Of a DNA stretch of 64,000 nucleotides, positions 40,068-49,660 are shown in pieces. Positions within the stretch are counted from its first letter, which is position 1; each line of letters begins with the position of its first letter. The notes beneath the pieces are model-generated. The model saw nothing but the letters and a program-made list of their open reading frames with translations, was not told the DNA's origin and made no database searches. Source of the DNA: a virus; the IMG/VR virus record IMGVR_UViG_3300032893_000024, positions 1 to 64,000 of that record. One strand, written 5' to 3'. The position numbers and the translations under genes were made by a program.

Positions 40068-41950
40068 TATTCTTTCCCCTCAGAGACGAGCCCTGCTTCG
40101 ATCAGCAATGGCGACGGCCTCTTTCTACTCGTTCCAATCAGAAGCTGATCGCGCGCGCGCGTAACGGCGACGTACGCAAGCCGACGCTCTTCCTCCCTGT
40201 CGCCCATCGCGTGCGGGAGCCATCCCTCGCTGAATCCAGCGATGAAAACGTACGGCCACTCGAGTCCCTTGCTTGAGTGGATACTCATCAAAATCACCTT
40301 GTTTTCGAGCTTTCGGTTCGCTCTGTTTCGCTCAGAGAGCGCGCGCATCTGATCCACGTACGCGAGCAGTTCTCCGAAGCTGCCAAACTTCTCGGCCACA
40401 CGAATCAGCTCTCGCACGTTCTCGACGTGCGAATTCTCCGTATCCTCTTCCCCCTCGTCGCGGCGGAGCCACTCGATGTACTCCGTTTCGCTCACGAGCC
40501 ATCGAAGGGCCTCGTTAGCTGGACTCTCGCGCATGTCACGCAGGTCGGAAATGATCGTTGCCCACTGCCGCACGCTCTCACGTTGCCGATCTTGGATACC
40601 CGCCTGTCGAGCAACGGCAGTAGCAACTCTGATCCACTCTACCTGTAGATCATCGTCATCGATCGGCTTGTCCTTGATCGCCGATACCGCCTCCGCCACA
40701 CGCTCGACAAATGCTGTCCCGAGGTACCGAAACGGCGCATTGATGCAGCGCCGCACGTCGTCCATGTCGCCACTTCCAGACGCGACGCGCAGGTACGCGA
40801 GCACGTTCCGGACCTCACGCCGATCGTAGAAACTGACGCCTCCCTTGACCGCGTACGGTACGCGCGCTTTCAGCAGCGCTTCCTCGGGAGCTCGGCTCTG
40901 CGCGTTGCATCGGTACAGGACAGCCACGTCGCTGTACCGCGCGCCATCTCCGGCCGTTACCTGCTGGACCCACTTCGCCAACTCACGCGCCTGGTCGTCC
41001 TGCTGATCGTAGGAGACCACCCTAACGGAACCAGCGGTCCCACGCTCGGAAATCATTTCCACCGGAAGTCGGATGGCGGCGGGAGAGATGATCTTGTTGG
41101 CTAGATCGATGATCTGACTACCGGAGCGGTAGTTCCGGTTCATATTGATGGTTCGTCCGCCCCACTCGTTCTCGAATTCCATGATGAACTTTGGATCCGA
41201 GCCTCTGAATCCGTAAATCGCTTGCGCTGGATCCCCCACAATCATGTAGTTCGCGTGATCGCGAGCGAGAAGACTAGCAATCGCATTTTGCGCTGGATTT
41301 GAATCCTGATGTTCATCCTGGAGCAAATACGACCATCTACTTGACCACTTCTGGCGTACATCCTCTGAGGAGAGATGCTGCCAAGCGTTGACGAGAAAAT
41401 CGTCGAACGTGAGAATCCCCGACGCCTCCAGTAGCTTCTGGGTGATGTAGTAGGCACCGAGCAGCTTCTGCGCATCGCTCCCAGCGAACTTCGCAGCAGC
41501 ATCGGACCCCGGCATCGCCAGGTTGGCTTTGCAGATCGAAATGTACCGACCGACCGCCTTCGGATCTCCTTGCTGCCAGTTGAGATACTTGTGACCAATG
41601 GCCTCCTTGATGATCACTTCGAGACGCCCTCGGTCGTCGATTTGCCACTGCCCCCAGGTTGTCTCGTCCTCTCGAAGGATCTGGAGACAGAGAGAGTGCC
41701 ACGTCCCAACGCGCGCCTCGGACACCCCGAGATTTCGCAGCCGGTCGTTCATCTCGTCGGCAGCCTTCTTGGAGAAGGTGACCGCGAGGATCCTGCGCGG
41801 ATCGATCCCGTCGTCCACCATGCGTGCGATGCGATGGACGAGCGCGCGGGTCTTCCCGGCGCCAGCCACCGCCATCACGCGACACGGGCCGTCGGTGTGC
41901 CGTATCGCCTCGATCTGTTCCGGGTTCATTCCTTGTTCAAAACGGCTCAA
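40067..41950 (-). CDS. UvrD/Rep/PcrA-family SF1 DNA helicase
   Basis: NPEQIEAI, Walker A AGAGKTRAL, motif II LLQDEHQDSNPAQ, YRS, VLYR.N. TTG start with GGAGGA 4 nt upstream. Confidence 0.9.
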   Translation of the reverse strand: MSRFEQGMNPEQIEAIRHTDGPCRVMAVAGAGKTRALVHRIARMVDDGIDPRRILAVTFSKKAADEMNDRLRNLGVSEARVGTWHSLCLQILREDETTWGQWQIDDRGRLEVIIKEAIGHKYLNWQQGDPKAVGRYISICKANLAMPGSDAAAKFAGSDAQKLLGAYYITQKLLEASGILTFDDFLVNAWQHLSSEDVRQKWSSRWSYLLQDEHQDSNPAQNAIASLLARDHANYMIVGDPAQAIYGFRGSDPKFIMEFENEWGGRTINMNRNYRSGSQIIDLANKIISPAAIRLPVEMISERGTAGSVRVVSYDQQDDQARELAKWVQQVTAGDGARYSDVAVLYRCNAQSRAPEEALLKARVPYAVKGGVSFYDRREVRNVLAYLRVASGSGDMDDVRRCINAPFRYLGTAFVERVAEAVSAIKDKPIDDDDLQVEWIRVATAVARQAGIQDRQRESVRQWATIISDLRDMRESPANEALRWLVSETEYIEWLRRDEGEEDTENSHVENVRELIRVAEKFGSFGELLAYVDQMRALSERNRANRKLENKVILMSIHSSKGLEWPYVFIAGFSEGWLPHAMGDREEERRLAYVAVTRARDQLLIGTSRKRPSPLLIEAGLVSEGKE

Positions 41951-42034
41951 TGGTCCTCCGATCGTCTGTCGGACAGCTTTGCCCTGCCTGTTCGGGTCGA
42001 TCCCGCGCCGGCACCGCGCTTGTCTTGCTCAGAG

Positions 42035-42063
42035 TCTATAGACCGAACTGTTAGATGATGCAA
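42035..42063 (-). promoter_or_regulatory. sigma70-like promoter TTGCAT-17-TATAGA upstream of the uvrD-like operon
   Basis: Minus-strand TTGCAT (42063-42058) and TATAGA (42040-42035). The -10 is embedded in the perfect 10-bp palindrome GTCTATAGAC (42034-42043). Confidence 0.45.
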
Positions 42064-42064
42064 G

Positions 42065-42412
42065 TCATTCTTTGCGCGCTCGTTTTGATGCCGCCAGCCT
42101 GCACAAAGCACAGTCCAGGTGCCCCACCGGCAGCCCCGTGTCGCCGCACATTACGCACCGGCCACGCGCGAACCGGCACTTTCGACACGACGTCCGTACT
42201 ACGCCGTCCTCTGTAGTCACCAGTGACTTGTCACACGGGCCCGCGTGCCCAACGCCACGCTCAAGCGGGATCCGCTCCTGGATTGCCTCCAAGAGCTGCT
42301 GACGGAGAAGCGCGTCGGCGAGGGGACCGACGGGCCCGTGCACGATCGGTTTCTCCGCCGAGACGGCGAACGTTACGCCACGCTCGTTGAAGTAGGCGAC
42401 GGAATACTTCAT
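42065..42412 (-). CDS. Cys-rich (zinc-binding-like) protein (115 aa)
   Basis: Track ORF. CRKCRF..CVMCGD..CALC cluster. Confidence 0.55.
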   Translation of the reverse strand: MKYSVAYFNERGVTFAVSAEKPIVHGPVGPLADALLRQQLLEAIQERIPLERGVGHAGPCDKSLVTTEDGVVRTSCRKCRFARGRCVMCGDTGLPVGHLDCALCRLAASKRARKE

Positions 42413-42588
42413 CGTCCTCTCAGCTTCACGAGCGGGATCGTAGGCGTGTCATCGTTCGTTGGAGCGCACGTCCCCTCGTCCAACGCGAACCACTCGTCCT
42501 CATCCAGAATGACTGGACCATCCGCGAAGTCCTCTGGTCCAGCCCATCGTTCATCCAACTCGTCCAGCACACGATCTCTTTCAGACAT
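42409..42588 (-). CDS. small acidic protein (59 aa)
   Basis: Own translation: MSERDRVLDELDERWAGPEDFADGPVILDEDEWFALDEGTCAPTNDDTPTIPLVKLRGR. Overlaps both neighbours (ATGTCTGA and ATGA). Confidence 0.5.
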   Translation of the reverse strand: MSERDRVLDELDERWAGPEDFADGPVILDEDEWFALDEGTCAPTNDDTPTIPLVKLRGR

Positions 42589-44233
42589 CCCAGACTCCTG
42601 TTTCTCCGAGCTCCAAAACTGGACTCGGTTGCTTCTCTATCACCGGTTCATCCGGCACCACTGCCGGCAATTCCGGCTGAACCACTGCAGGCAATTCAGG
42701 CTGCACAACAGCCGTAATCTTCTCCTGTACCCACTTTCCAGGTAGTCCGCGTTCGCGCGCCACCCGCTCGAGCTTTGCCCTCATCACGTCGAGCTCACCA
42801 GGCGTCATAGGACGCCCAACGGGTCGCGGGTAGGAGTTCGGTGGCTTGTGTCCGTACCGCTCCCGAAAGCGATGGTAGACCCAACCCGACTGGAATCCGT
42901 TTTCAGAAGCGGTTCTACACATCTCATCCCAGTAGGCCCGCTTCTCATCCTCCAGGGGCTCGTTGTACTCGACGAGCTTTCCATCCACGTGCTCCACCTT
43001 GCGCTCGCCGACGTCGCGCTCCGGAGGGACAAACGGTTTTCCGCACTCGGGGCACTCATCGAGTGTGGACTCGAAGATAGCGAGGCATTCCTTGCACGTC
43101 CTTATCCCGAACTCAGAGCGTCTACGCTGCCGGTCCTCCAGGCTGGGTTCTCGATCCCAGGTGGGCATGCCGTGGGCAGGGATGCAGCCGGCGTGATCGA
43201 GGATGATCGCATCCACGCCGTTCCAGGGGCGGAGAATTCGACCTGCTTGCTGGATGACAAGGCCAGTGGACATAGTGGGGCGGGCGAGGATTGCACATTT
43301 GACGCTCGGCTGATCGAATCCTTCGCAGAGAACACCTACTGAGCAAACAACAAGAGTTTCTCCGGTCTCAAGACGAGCAAGGATGGCAGCACGAAGATCC
43401 TTCGGAGTTTCTCCATCAAGATGTTCGGCAGGAATACCCTTGGACAAGAAGTCGTCTACGATTCGCCTGGAGTGCGCAACGTTGACCGGAAAGCAAACCG
43501 TTCGCCGTCCGCCTGCGCGCTCAATCCAATGATCCACGATCGATCCTACGAGCTTACCTGTATTGCAAACCTGTTCGAGTTCTTCTTCCTTGTAGTCTCC
43601 GTTCCTCGTAGATACGCCAGAGAGATCGGGTAGCTTCTCGGTATCCACCGTCCAGACACGGGGCTTTACAATCCAGCCTTCGGCGATCAAGAGCGACGGG
43701 TACGCGCCGACAACGATTGTATCGTAGAACTTACCGAGCGACTTGCCGCCCATACGGAACGGTGTTGCAGTGAGCCCGATGAATATCGCTTCTTTGTAGT
43801 GGTCCCTCAAAGCCATATAGCTAGGGGACAAAGCGCGGTGCGTTTCGTCGATAAAAACGATATCTGCCTCCGGCTTATGCCTATGACGGAGCGTATCGAT
43901 AGATGCGATCTGTATTTGAGCTCCAGGTCTCGCTGCACGAACCTGCCTACCAGACTTGAGAGTAATCCTCCCGTTTCCCATGATCACACCGAGGTTCTCC
44001 TCTGGAACCCCCATCGCAAGCATTTTTTCGTACGCTTGCGATATCAACTCTCTCCGGTGAGCGACAAATAAAAGACGGGAGCCCTTTTTGAGAGCACCCC
44101 ACATGATGTACGCGGCTACGAGAGTTTTTCCGCCTCCGGTAAAAAGGACAAACAGAATATACCGGAATCCCTCGCGGATTTTCTCGCGAATCGCTTCTAT
44201 AGCGGTCACCTGATAGTGGCGTAGCTCGATCAT
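42581..44233 (-). CDS. SF2 DEAD/DExH-box helicase with C-terminal Zn-ribbon and GW..HRFRERYG module
   Basis: Walker A TGGGKT, motif II FIDETH, TATP, motif VI QQAGRILR. C-terminus CKECLAIFESTLDECPECG then ENGFQSGWVYHRFRERYGHKPP. Confidence 0.9.
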   Translation of the reverse strand: MIELRHYQVTAIEAIREKIREGFRYILFVLFTGGGKTLVAAYIMWGALKKGSRLLFVAHRRELISQAYEKMLAMGVPEENLGVIMGNGRITLKSGRQVRAARPGAQIQIASIDTLRHRHKPEADIVFIDETHRALSPSYMALRDHYKEAIFIGLTATPFRMGGKSLGKFYDTIVVGAYPSLLIAEGWIVKPRVWTVDTEKLPDLSGVSTRNGDYKEEELEQVCNTGKLVGSIVDHWIERAGGRRTVCFPVNVAHSRRIVDDFLSKGIPAEHLDGETPKDLRAAILARLETGETLVVCSVGVLCEGFDQPSVKCAILARPTMSTGLVIQQAGRILRPWNGVDAIILDHAGCIPAHGMPTWDREPSLEDRQRRRSEFGIRTCKECLAIFESTLDECPECGKPFVPPERDVGERKVEHVDGKLVEYNEPLEDEKRAYWDEMCRTASENGFQSGWVYHRFRERYGHKPPNSYPRPVGRPMTPGELDVMRAKLERVARERGLPGKWVQEKITAVVQPELPAVVQPELPAVVPDEPVIEKQPSPVLELGETGVWDV

Positions 44234-44748
44234 TCGCTTACCTTAGCCACGTACAGCCTCACCAGCCACTGCCCAAGCCTTACCAGCGCATCTCCGACCT
44301 CTGGACCGCCCTGCTTCGCAAACATCACCAGCAGCCTCAGATTCGCAATAGCCGCCTCCATCTCCCATTCAGAAAGCGTTTCCTTCCGAACGTGGCGGAG
44401 CCACGAGCAGAGTTCCCAGAGGGAGCGATTTCTGATCGGCCCGTCATTCTCCTGCGCGTATCGAATCAGCTGCAAAACGTTTTCGAGCGCCGCGTCCATC
44501 TCCGGTTGGGGAACGGCATCAGCCAGCGCGTTCTCTCTCCACCTGGTTTTGTCACGCGGAGGAATCCACGGCTTCTCCCACGGCTTCTCACGCTTCAGGC
44601 GATCAATGTGCGCGTAGATGTGTTTTGGAGGGGACTCGCCATGGAGGATGAGATTTAGGTACGTGTTGGTGAACCGACCGAAGCGCGCGTAGTAGAGAGC
44701 TTCGATGGATTCGACGAGGCCGGCGCGGGAGATGGGAGAGTAGGCCAT
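44230..44748 (-). CDS. hypothetical helical protein with internal repeat (172 aa)
   Basis: ATG 44748 (M12 of the track ORF) abuts the upstream stop. Repeated ALENVLQLIRYAQ...LWELCSWLRHV / AIANLRLLVMFAK...LVRLGQWLVRL. Confidence 0.6.
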   Translation of the reverse strand: MAYSPISRAGLVESIEALYYARFGRFTNTYLNLILHGESPPKHIYAHIDRLKREKPWEKPWIPPRDKTRWRENALADAVPQPEMDAALENVLQLIRYAQENDGPIRNRSLWELCSWLRHVRKETLSEWEMEAAIANLRLLVMFAKQGGPEVGDALVRLGQWLVRLYVAKVSE

Positions 44749-44999
44749 TAGCGACGCGCTGGCGTATTTCGAGCTTCCCACACGCGCTCGAGCGCCTTCA
44801 GCTCTTGGTAGGCTTCACCGTAAGCCTGACTCTCGGCGTCACACTGTATGTAGCCGTACGGCGGATTCTCGAATACAGCTCTGCTCTCCGTCCAGTACAT
44901 CTCAGATCCCACCAATATTCCACACTGGTTACAACACAATCGAACGGACCCATAGGACTGGTCGTCCTGTGTCTTCCAGTGAAGCTCTCGCTTTATCAT
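44748..44999 (-). CDS. hypothetical protein (83 aa)
   Basis: Track ORF. CCNQCG motif. Confidence 0.55.
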   Translation of the reverse strand: MIKRELHWKTQDDQSYGSVRLCCNQCGILVGSEMYWTESRAVFENPPYGYIQCDAESQAYGEAYQELKALERVWEARNTPARR

Positions 45000-45271
45000 T
45001 TCTTGATCTCCATCTGCTCATCCTCACCCGGACCAAACACTGCCCCATGGATCTTCAATTCCCGATGCAACGCCTTCAGCGACTCTTTTTCGATCGACCA
45101 TCCCCAATGCTTGTTCAGCACAGCCTTGCCATTCCGGTTGTGAAACCGCATGGTCCCGTAGAGGGGCCATTGGAGCGTGATCTCGCGATCGTAAACCTCC
45201 GCGACGCGCAGCTTCCTTCGCTCGCCCGTGGTCGCGTGGACGATCTCGAGTTCGTGGATCGAGAGGATCAT
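44996..45271 (-). CDS. hypothetical protein (91 aa)
   Basis: Track ORF, 4-nt overlaps on both sides. Confidence 0.55.
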   Translation of the reverse strand: MILSIHELEIVHATTGERRKLRVAEVYDREITLQWPLYGTMRFHNRNGKAVLNKHWGWSIEKESLKALHRELKIHGAVFGPGEDEQMEIKK

Positions 45272-45480
45272 TTCCGGCTGAGCGCTGCGATTCGATCGCG
45301 AATTCGCGCCATCATCCGCTCGTGTCGCTCCCGTGCGAGCTGCGGCACGCGGCGACGCGCGAACGGGTGAGCCTCTGGATTCTCCCAGAAGTAGGGCGGC
45401 TCCTTCCCGAGCAATTCCGCGTCATTGGTCCAGATTTCCCCGTAACCTCGGTGGTTCCAGCGTGGCTTGTTTGTTTCCAT
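45268..45480 (-). CDS. hypothetical protein (70 aa; alternative start 45516)
   Basis: ATG 45480 (METNKPRWNH...). No clear SD for either start. First gene of the long leftward block. Confidence 0.5.
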   Translation of the reverse strand: METNKPRWNHRGYGEIWTNDAELLGKEPPYFWENPEAHPFARRRVPQLARERHERMMARIRDRIAALSRK

Positions 45481-45506
45481 CAATTGAACAAATAGCACAA
45501 ATAAAC

Positions 45507-45535
45507 TTGCATGCATCAACTGCAGGCGCTAGAAA
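45507..45535 (+). promoter_or_regulatory. candidate promoter TTGCAT-17-TAGAAA of the rightward replication block
   Basis: In the relatively AT-rich divergent spacer 45481-45559. Followed by GGAGG (45552) and ATG 45563. Confidence 0.4.
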
Positions 45536-45562
45536 GTTTCCCCGTTGGGTTGGAGGTGATTG

Positions 45563-46693
45563 ATGGCAGATACGGATACGGACCGCAATAGCGGTTCCGA
45601 TGGGCTCGAACCGGAGCTCGTAAAAACAGATGAAGGGGCCATTGCTGTAAAGGTGCGCCTCCCGCTCATTACGGTGAGCGAGTTGAAGGCGCATCGTCGA
45701 TGCAAGCGCCAGCACCATTTGACGTATCGACTCGGCTACCGTGACGTAGCCAAAGCTGGTCCGCTGAGGTTTGGAACTGCAGTCCATGCAGCGCTCGAAC
45801 CGTGGTGGAGGCCTGGTACTGGGCAGAAATCGATCGATCTTGCATTGGCGTCGATCGATGCAGACGGCGAGATGGATCCGTTCGAGCGTGCAAAGGCGCG
45901 TTCGATGCTAATCGCCTATCACGCTCGCTGGTCCACTCAGGATCTCGAAGTTCTCGGCGTCGAAGTGGAGTTTGAGGCGCCGCTCGTCAACCCGACGACG
46001 GGAGCCCATTCGCGCACGTTCCGAGTCGGCGGAAAGATCGACGCAATCGCTCGGAAGCCAAACGGCCAGGTATTCATCGTCGAGCACAAAACCTCTGGCG
46101 TCGAGTGCGGTTTGGATTCGGCATACTGGAGAAAACTTCGCATCGACCCTCAGATCAGTACCTATCTGGTAGGTGCACGAGCGATCGGTCATGACGTCGC
46201 TGGCTGCATTTACGATGTCCTCCGGAAGCCGGCTATCCGCCCGAAGGAAGTCCCGATCACGGACGAAGACGGCGTCAAGATTGTCGTAGACCGCCAAGGC
46301 AACCGAGTCCGGACCAAGGACCAAAAAAAGTGGCGGGAAACCTCCTCTAAAGAGGACGGTTACACGCTCACAACGCGCCCTGAAACTCCCGAGGAGTTTG
46401 AAGCACGCTGCCTGCAAACGATTGCAGAGGACCCGGATCGTCATCTCGTTCGCGGTGAGGTCTATCGACTCGACATGGAGGAGGAAGACGCAGCGCAAGA
46501 TCTCTGGGAGCAGGCCCGTGATCTAAAGGAGTCGGAGAACGCAAAACGTTTTCCGAGAAACCCAGATGCGTGCGAGCAGTTTGGACGGTTCTGCAGCTAC
46601 TTCGAGGTTTGCACCGGGAGCGCCAGCCTGGATGATCCGACGCTGTTCCGAAGAACAACAACGAAGCACGAAGAACTTGGAGGGACGAAATGA
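45563..46693 (+). CDS. PD-(D/E)XK nuclease, Cas4/RecB-like exonuclease with Cys cluster
   Basis: GGKIDAIARK...VFIVEHKTS (D...E-x-K). One N-terminal Cys (HRRCKRQH) plus C-terminal CEQFGRFCSYFEVC, as in Cas4/AddB-type Fe-S nucleases. Confidence 0.8.
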   Translation: MADTDTDRNSGSDGLEPELVKTDEGAIAVKVRLPLITVSELKAHRRCKRQHHLTYRLGYRDVAKAGPLRFGTAVHAALEPWWRPGTGQKSIDLALASIDADGEMDPFERAKARSMLIAYHARWSTQDLEVLGVEVEFEAPLVNPTTGAHSRTFRVGGKIDAIARKPNGQVFIVEHKTSGVECGLDSAYWRKLRIDPQISTYLVGARAIGHDVAGCIYDVLRKPAIRPKEVPITDEDGVKIVVDRQGNRVRTKDQKKWRETSSKEDGYTLTTRPETPEEFEARCLQTIAEDPDRHLVRGEVYRLDMEEEDAAQDLWEQARDLKESENAKRFPRNPDACEQFGRFCSYFEVCTGSASLDDPTLFRRTTTKHEELGGTK

Positions 46694-46899
46694 GCCTGTT
46701 CAAAGTCACCAAACCAAGCGGCAGTATCGCTCTGATCGAATCGTCTCATGTGGCAGTGATATCCATCACCGACCCATTTGGAGAGATTGGTCAGTGCCCA
46801 AAATCTACCTTCATTGCCGGAGCCGGATTCTGCGTTACATGCGTCGAATCGATCGACAAAGTAGCCGAGCTGTTTGCAGCAGCACAACGGCAGAAGTAA
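46690..46899 (+). CDS. hypothetical protein (69 aa)
   Basis: Track ORF, ATGA overlap upstream. Confidence 0.5.
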   Translation: MSLFKVTKPSGSIALIESSHVAVISITDPFGEIGQCPKSTFIAGAGFCVTCVESIDKVAELFAAAQRQK

Positions 46900-46900
46900 C

Positions 46901-47596
46901 GTGGAACCCCGCAAAACCATCTCCCAAAACCTGGATGCCTATCGTCCCCGCCTCGAAGGCGGCCCGCTGGAATACTTCTTCGTCGCGCACAACTTCGCGA
47001 TGGAGTTCTACGGAGAGCAGGTCCGGGCAATCCGCGGCACCAAATTCGCGGAGGTTACGCGCGAGGACTTCCTCCGCGAGTACGCCTGGGTGGTCCACGC
47101 GACGGGCTTCAACGCGCGCGTGGTCGGGAAGATGATGCCGCGCCTCATGGCGGTGTACATCGACGCAGAAACGCTTTCGATGAACGAGGTACTCGTACGA
47201 GCGCTCCCGATCTGCAACAACCCGCGAAAGGTAAAATCAGTCTGGACAACCGTTCAACACATCAAAGAGCAGCTCAGCACCAGTTCGTGGGAAAACTACC
47301 GGGACGACGAACTGGACACGCCTGAAAAGCTCGAACGTCTCCCCTACGTCGGTCCCATCACGAAGTATCACTTGGCGCGCAACATCGGACTCCTTGAGTT
47401 CGTAAAGCCAGATCTACATCTCATTCGCTTGGCGAACCACTGGGGCTACTTGACACCGCTGGACATGTGCCGCGAGATGCGCAGCCAGTTCGAGGATCGC
47501 ACTGGGCTTCACCTACCACTCGGGATCGTGGACCTGGTCCTCTGGTACGCGGCATCAACATTCGGAACTACGGGAATCAAGGGAGCCGGAAGATGA
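46901..47596 (+). CDS. HhH-motif DNA glycosylase-like protein
   Basis: LERLPYVGPITKYHLARNIG resembles the helix-hairpin-helix LPG(I/V)G..TA element of the EndoIII/AlkA superfamily. GTG 46901 follows the upstream TAA (the track ORF starts at 46874). Confidence 0.45.
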   Translation: MEPRKTISQNLDAYRPRLEGGPLEYFFVAHNFAMEFYGEQVRAIRGTKFAEVTREDFLREYAWVVHATGFNARVVGKMMPRLMAVYIDAETLSMNEVLVRALPICNNPRKVKSVWTTVQHIKEQLSTSSWENYRDDELDTPEKLERLPYVGPITKYHLARNIGLLEFVKPDLHLIRLANHWGYLTPLDMCREMRSQFEDRTGLHLPLGIVDLVLWYAASTFGTTGIKGAGR

Positions 47597-47913
47597 TCAT
47601 CGCGGTGGTAGCGATCTTGATTGCAACGGTCGCCTACATGATCCAGCTCATCCGCCGGCAGAAGTCCGTGATGGTCCTGAACGTTCTGGAAGCCTTCGGG
47701 CCGTCATCGGCGACGTACACGCGCGAGCATCTCCGGCTCATGTTCTTCGTCGAGCCACCGAACGTGAACGCAGTATGGATGGAACTCCGTGTGCTCGAGA
47801 TGCGCGGCCTTGTCCAGCGCGTGGACGACGGGAGAGCAGAACGAAGGGAGACGTGGATGTACGGAATCACGCAAGCCGGGCAGGAAAAGCTCGAAGAATG
47901 GACGGACAAATGA
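47593..47913 (+). CDS. N-terminal TM + winged-helix-like small protein (106 aa)
   Basis: ATG 47593 (ATGA overlap). IIAVVAILIATVAYMIQLI, then LRVLEMRGLVQRVDDG..YGITQAGQEKL. Confidence 0.55.
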   Translation: MIIAVVAILIATVAYMIQLIRRQKSVMVLNVLEAFGPSSATYTREHLRLMFFVEPPNVNAVWMELRVLEMRGLVQRVDDGRAERRETWMYGITQAGQEKLEEWTDK

Positions 47914-48881
47914 CAACACGAAGAAAGCTCACCGGCATCGTCAGCGGTCGCATCAAAGCTCCGCCCCGCATCCTCCTCTATGCGCCCGAGGGAATCGGCA
48001 AGACGACCTTCGCAAACCACGCGCCCAATCCGGTCTTCCTCTGTCGCGAGTCCGGAACGGAGCGATTCGACAAGATGGACCGCCTTCCGGAAGCACCTTT
48101 CTGGCGAGACAGCCCGCGACGAGAGGACGGTACCGCGACGGACGTACTGTCGCAGCTCGAAGACCTCCGCGTGTCGGATCACGACTTCCAGACGATCGCC
48201 GTGGATACGCTCGACTGGCTCGAACCGCTCGTCCATCGCTACGTCTGCGACTCCGACCCGAAATCGAAAGGGAGCATCGTCCTCGCGCACGGTGGCTTCG
48301 GAAAAGGCTACGACGTCGCCATCAACGAGTGGCGCGCGTTCCTCTTCGGACTCGACCTGCTGCGAAAAGAGCGCGGGATGACCGTGATCCTGCTCGCTCA
48401 CTCACACGTGAAGAAATTCGAGAACCCGGAGGGTGAGAACTTCGACCGCTACCAGATGAAGATGAGCGACAAGGCGGCGGCGCTCATGAGAGAGTGGTGC
48501 GATGCAGTCCTGTTCGCGAACACGAAGACGTTCGCGGGCGGGAAGATCACTGGAGGCACGACCGACGACAAGAAACCGAAGGAGTTCTACGCCTACGGCA
48601 CGCAGACGCGCTACATCTACACCGACCGTAGGCCGGCGTTCGACGCCAAGAATCGATTCGGTCTCCCAGAGGAAATGCCGCTGTCGTGGGACGATCTGGC
48701 AAAAGCCATGAACGACAGCGATATGCGCGCCGAACGCCTTCGCGCCGGCATCGACGACTTGCTTTCTGGACTCACTGAAAAGGATCGCTCAGACGCGATC
48801 GGGGCCTTGGACCGAGCCAAGGGAGACCCTGACAAACTCGACACACTCCTCAACTGGGTAAAAGCCCGGCTGAGCAAATAA
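47910..48881 (+). CDS. phage AAA/RecA-like ATPase (Sak4-type recombination ATPase family)
   Basis: ATG 47910 (ATGA overlap). Walker A LLYAPEGIGKTTF, Walker B TIAVDTLD. Gene context is exonuclease/SSB. Confidence 0.8.
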   Translation: MTTRRKLTGIVSGRIKAPPRILLYAPEGIGKTTFANHAPNPVFLCRESGTERFDKMDRLPEAPFWRDSPRREDGTATDVLSQLEDLRVSDHDFQTIAVDTLDWLEPLVHRYVCDSDPKSKGSIVLAHGGFGKGYDVAINEWRAFLFGLDLLRKERGMTVILLAHSHVKKFENPEGENFDRYQMKMSDKAAALMREWCDAVLFANTKTFAGGKITGGTTDDKKPKEFYAYGTQTRYIYTDRRPAFDAKNRFGLPEEMPLSWDDLAKAMNDSDMRAERLRAGIDDLLSGLTEKDRSDAIGALDRAKGDPDKLDTLLNWVKARLSK

Positions 48882-48891
48882 GGAGACAAGA

Positions 48892-49494
48892 ATGAGCAAC
48901 GCACCGATCACCCGTAAACCAGTCCCGCCCAAGCCGGCCAATCTGATTCCCGACGGAATCTATCGCGGCGTGGCGGTTACCTGCGACTTCCAGAAGTCTG
49001 GCAAGCAGGGAACCGACATGATGGCCGTCGTCTGCGAGATCACGCAGGAAGGCAACTTCAAAGGACGCCGCCTTCAGCACGAGGGGTACTTCAAGGACGA
49101 CGAGAAAAGCAAACGCTGCCTCCAGACGCTCATGTCGTGCGGCTGGGATGGCAACGACCTCCTCGCAGTGACCGGTCCCGTCGGATCGAATCGCGGCGGA
49201 TTCGGAACGCGCGAAGTGGACCTCGTGGTCCAGTCGGAGGAACCGCAACCGAAGGACGACGGTGGCTGGTATCCCTGGAAGAACCGCATCGCCTTCATCA
49301 ACGAGCCCGGCAGCGGCGCGATCGGCCAGAGCATGACCGAGCAGGAAAAGATCCAGTTCACCGCGCGGCTGATGGGGATCAAGGACCAGGTGGTGGCCGC
49401 CCAGAAGGGAAAGGCTGGTCCGCAGAACAGCCCGTCTGCCGGTAAGCAGCTCGGGAGCAGCTCTCCGAAAAGCGACGACGAAATCCCGTTCTGA
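48892..49494 (+). CDS. ssDNA-binding-type protein with bacterial-SSB-like acidic tip
   Basis: C-terminus ...SSSPKSDDEIPF mimics the D-D-D-I-P-F tail of bacterial SSB. Gly/Ser/Gln-rich linker precedes it. Sits next to the AAA ATPase, as in phage recombination modules. Confidence 0.6.
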   Translation: MSNAPITRKPVPPKPANLIPDGIYRGVAVTCDFQKSGKQGTDMMAVVCEITQEGNFKGRRLQHEGYFKDDEKSKRCLQTLMSCGWDGNDLLAVTGPVGSNRGGFGTREVDLVVQSEEPQPKDDGGWYPWKNRIAFINEPGSGAIGQSMTEQEKIQFTARLMGIKDQVVAAQKGKAGPQNSPSAGKQLGSSSPKSDDEIPF

Positions 49495-49584
49495 AAACGT
49501 TTACGACCCACCAGGAATCCACCGCCAACTACGGGACAAAGACCGAAGGCGAGCAGCGTCAGGTTCGTACGTGTGTGGTAGGTT

Positions 49585-49615
49585 GCGCCGAGCTTTCTGC
49601 TGCTTCGCTCGGCGC
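49585..49615 (+). terminator. hairpin in the SSB / VRR-NUC spacer
   Basis: GCGCCGAGC-13 nt-GCTCGGCGC, ~90 nt downstream of the stop at 49494. No U-tract. Confidence 0.35.
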
Positions 49616-49660
49616 GGTAACCGTAAACCTGGGGTCACCTGAAGAGAATAGAGAGCGACG

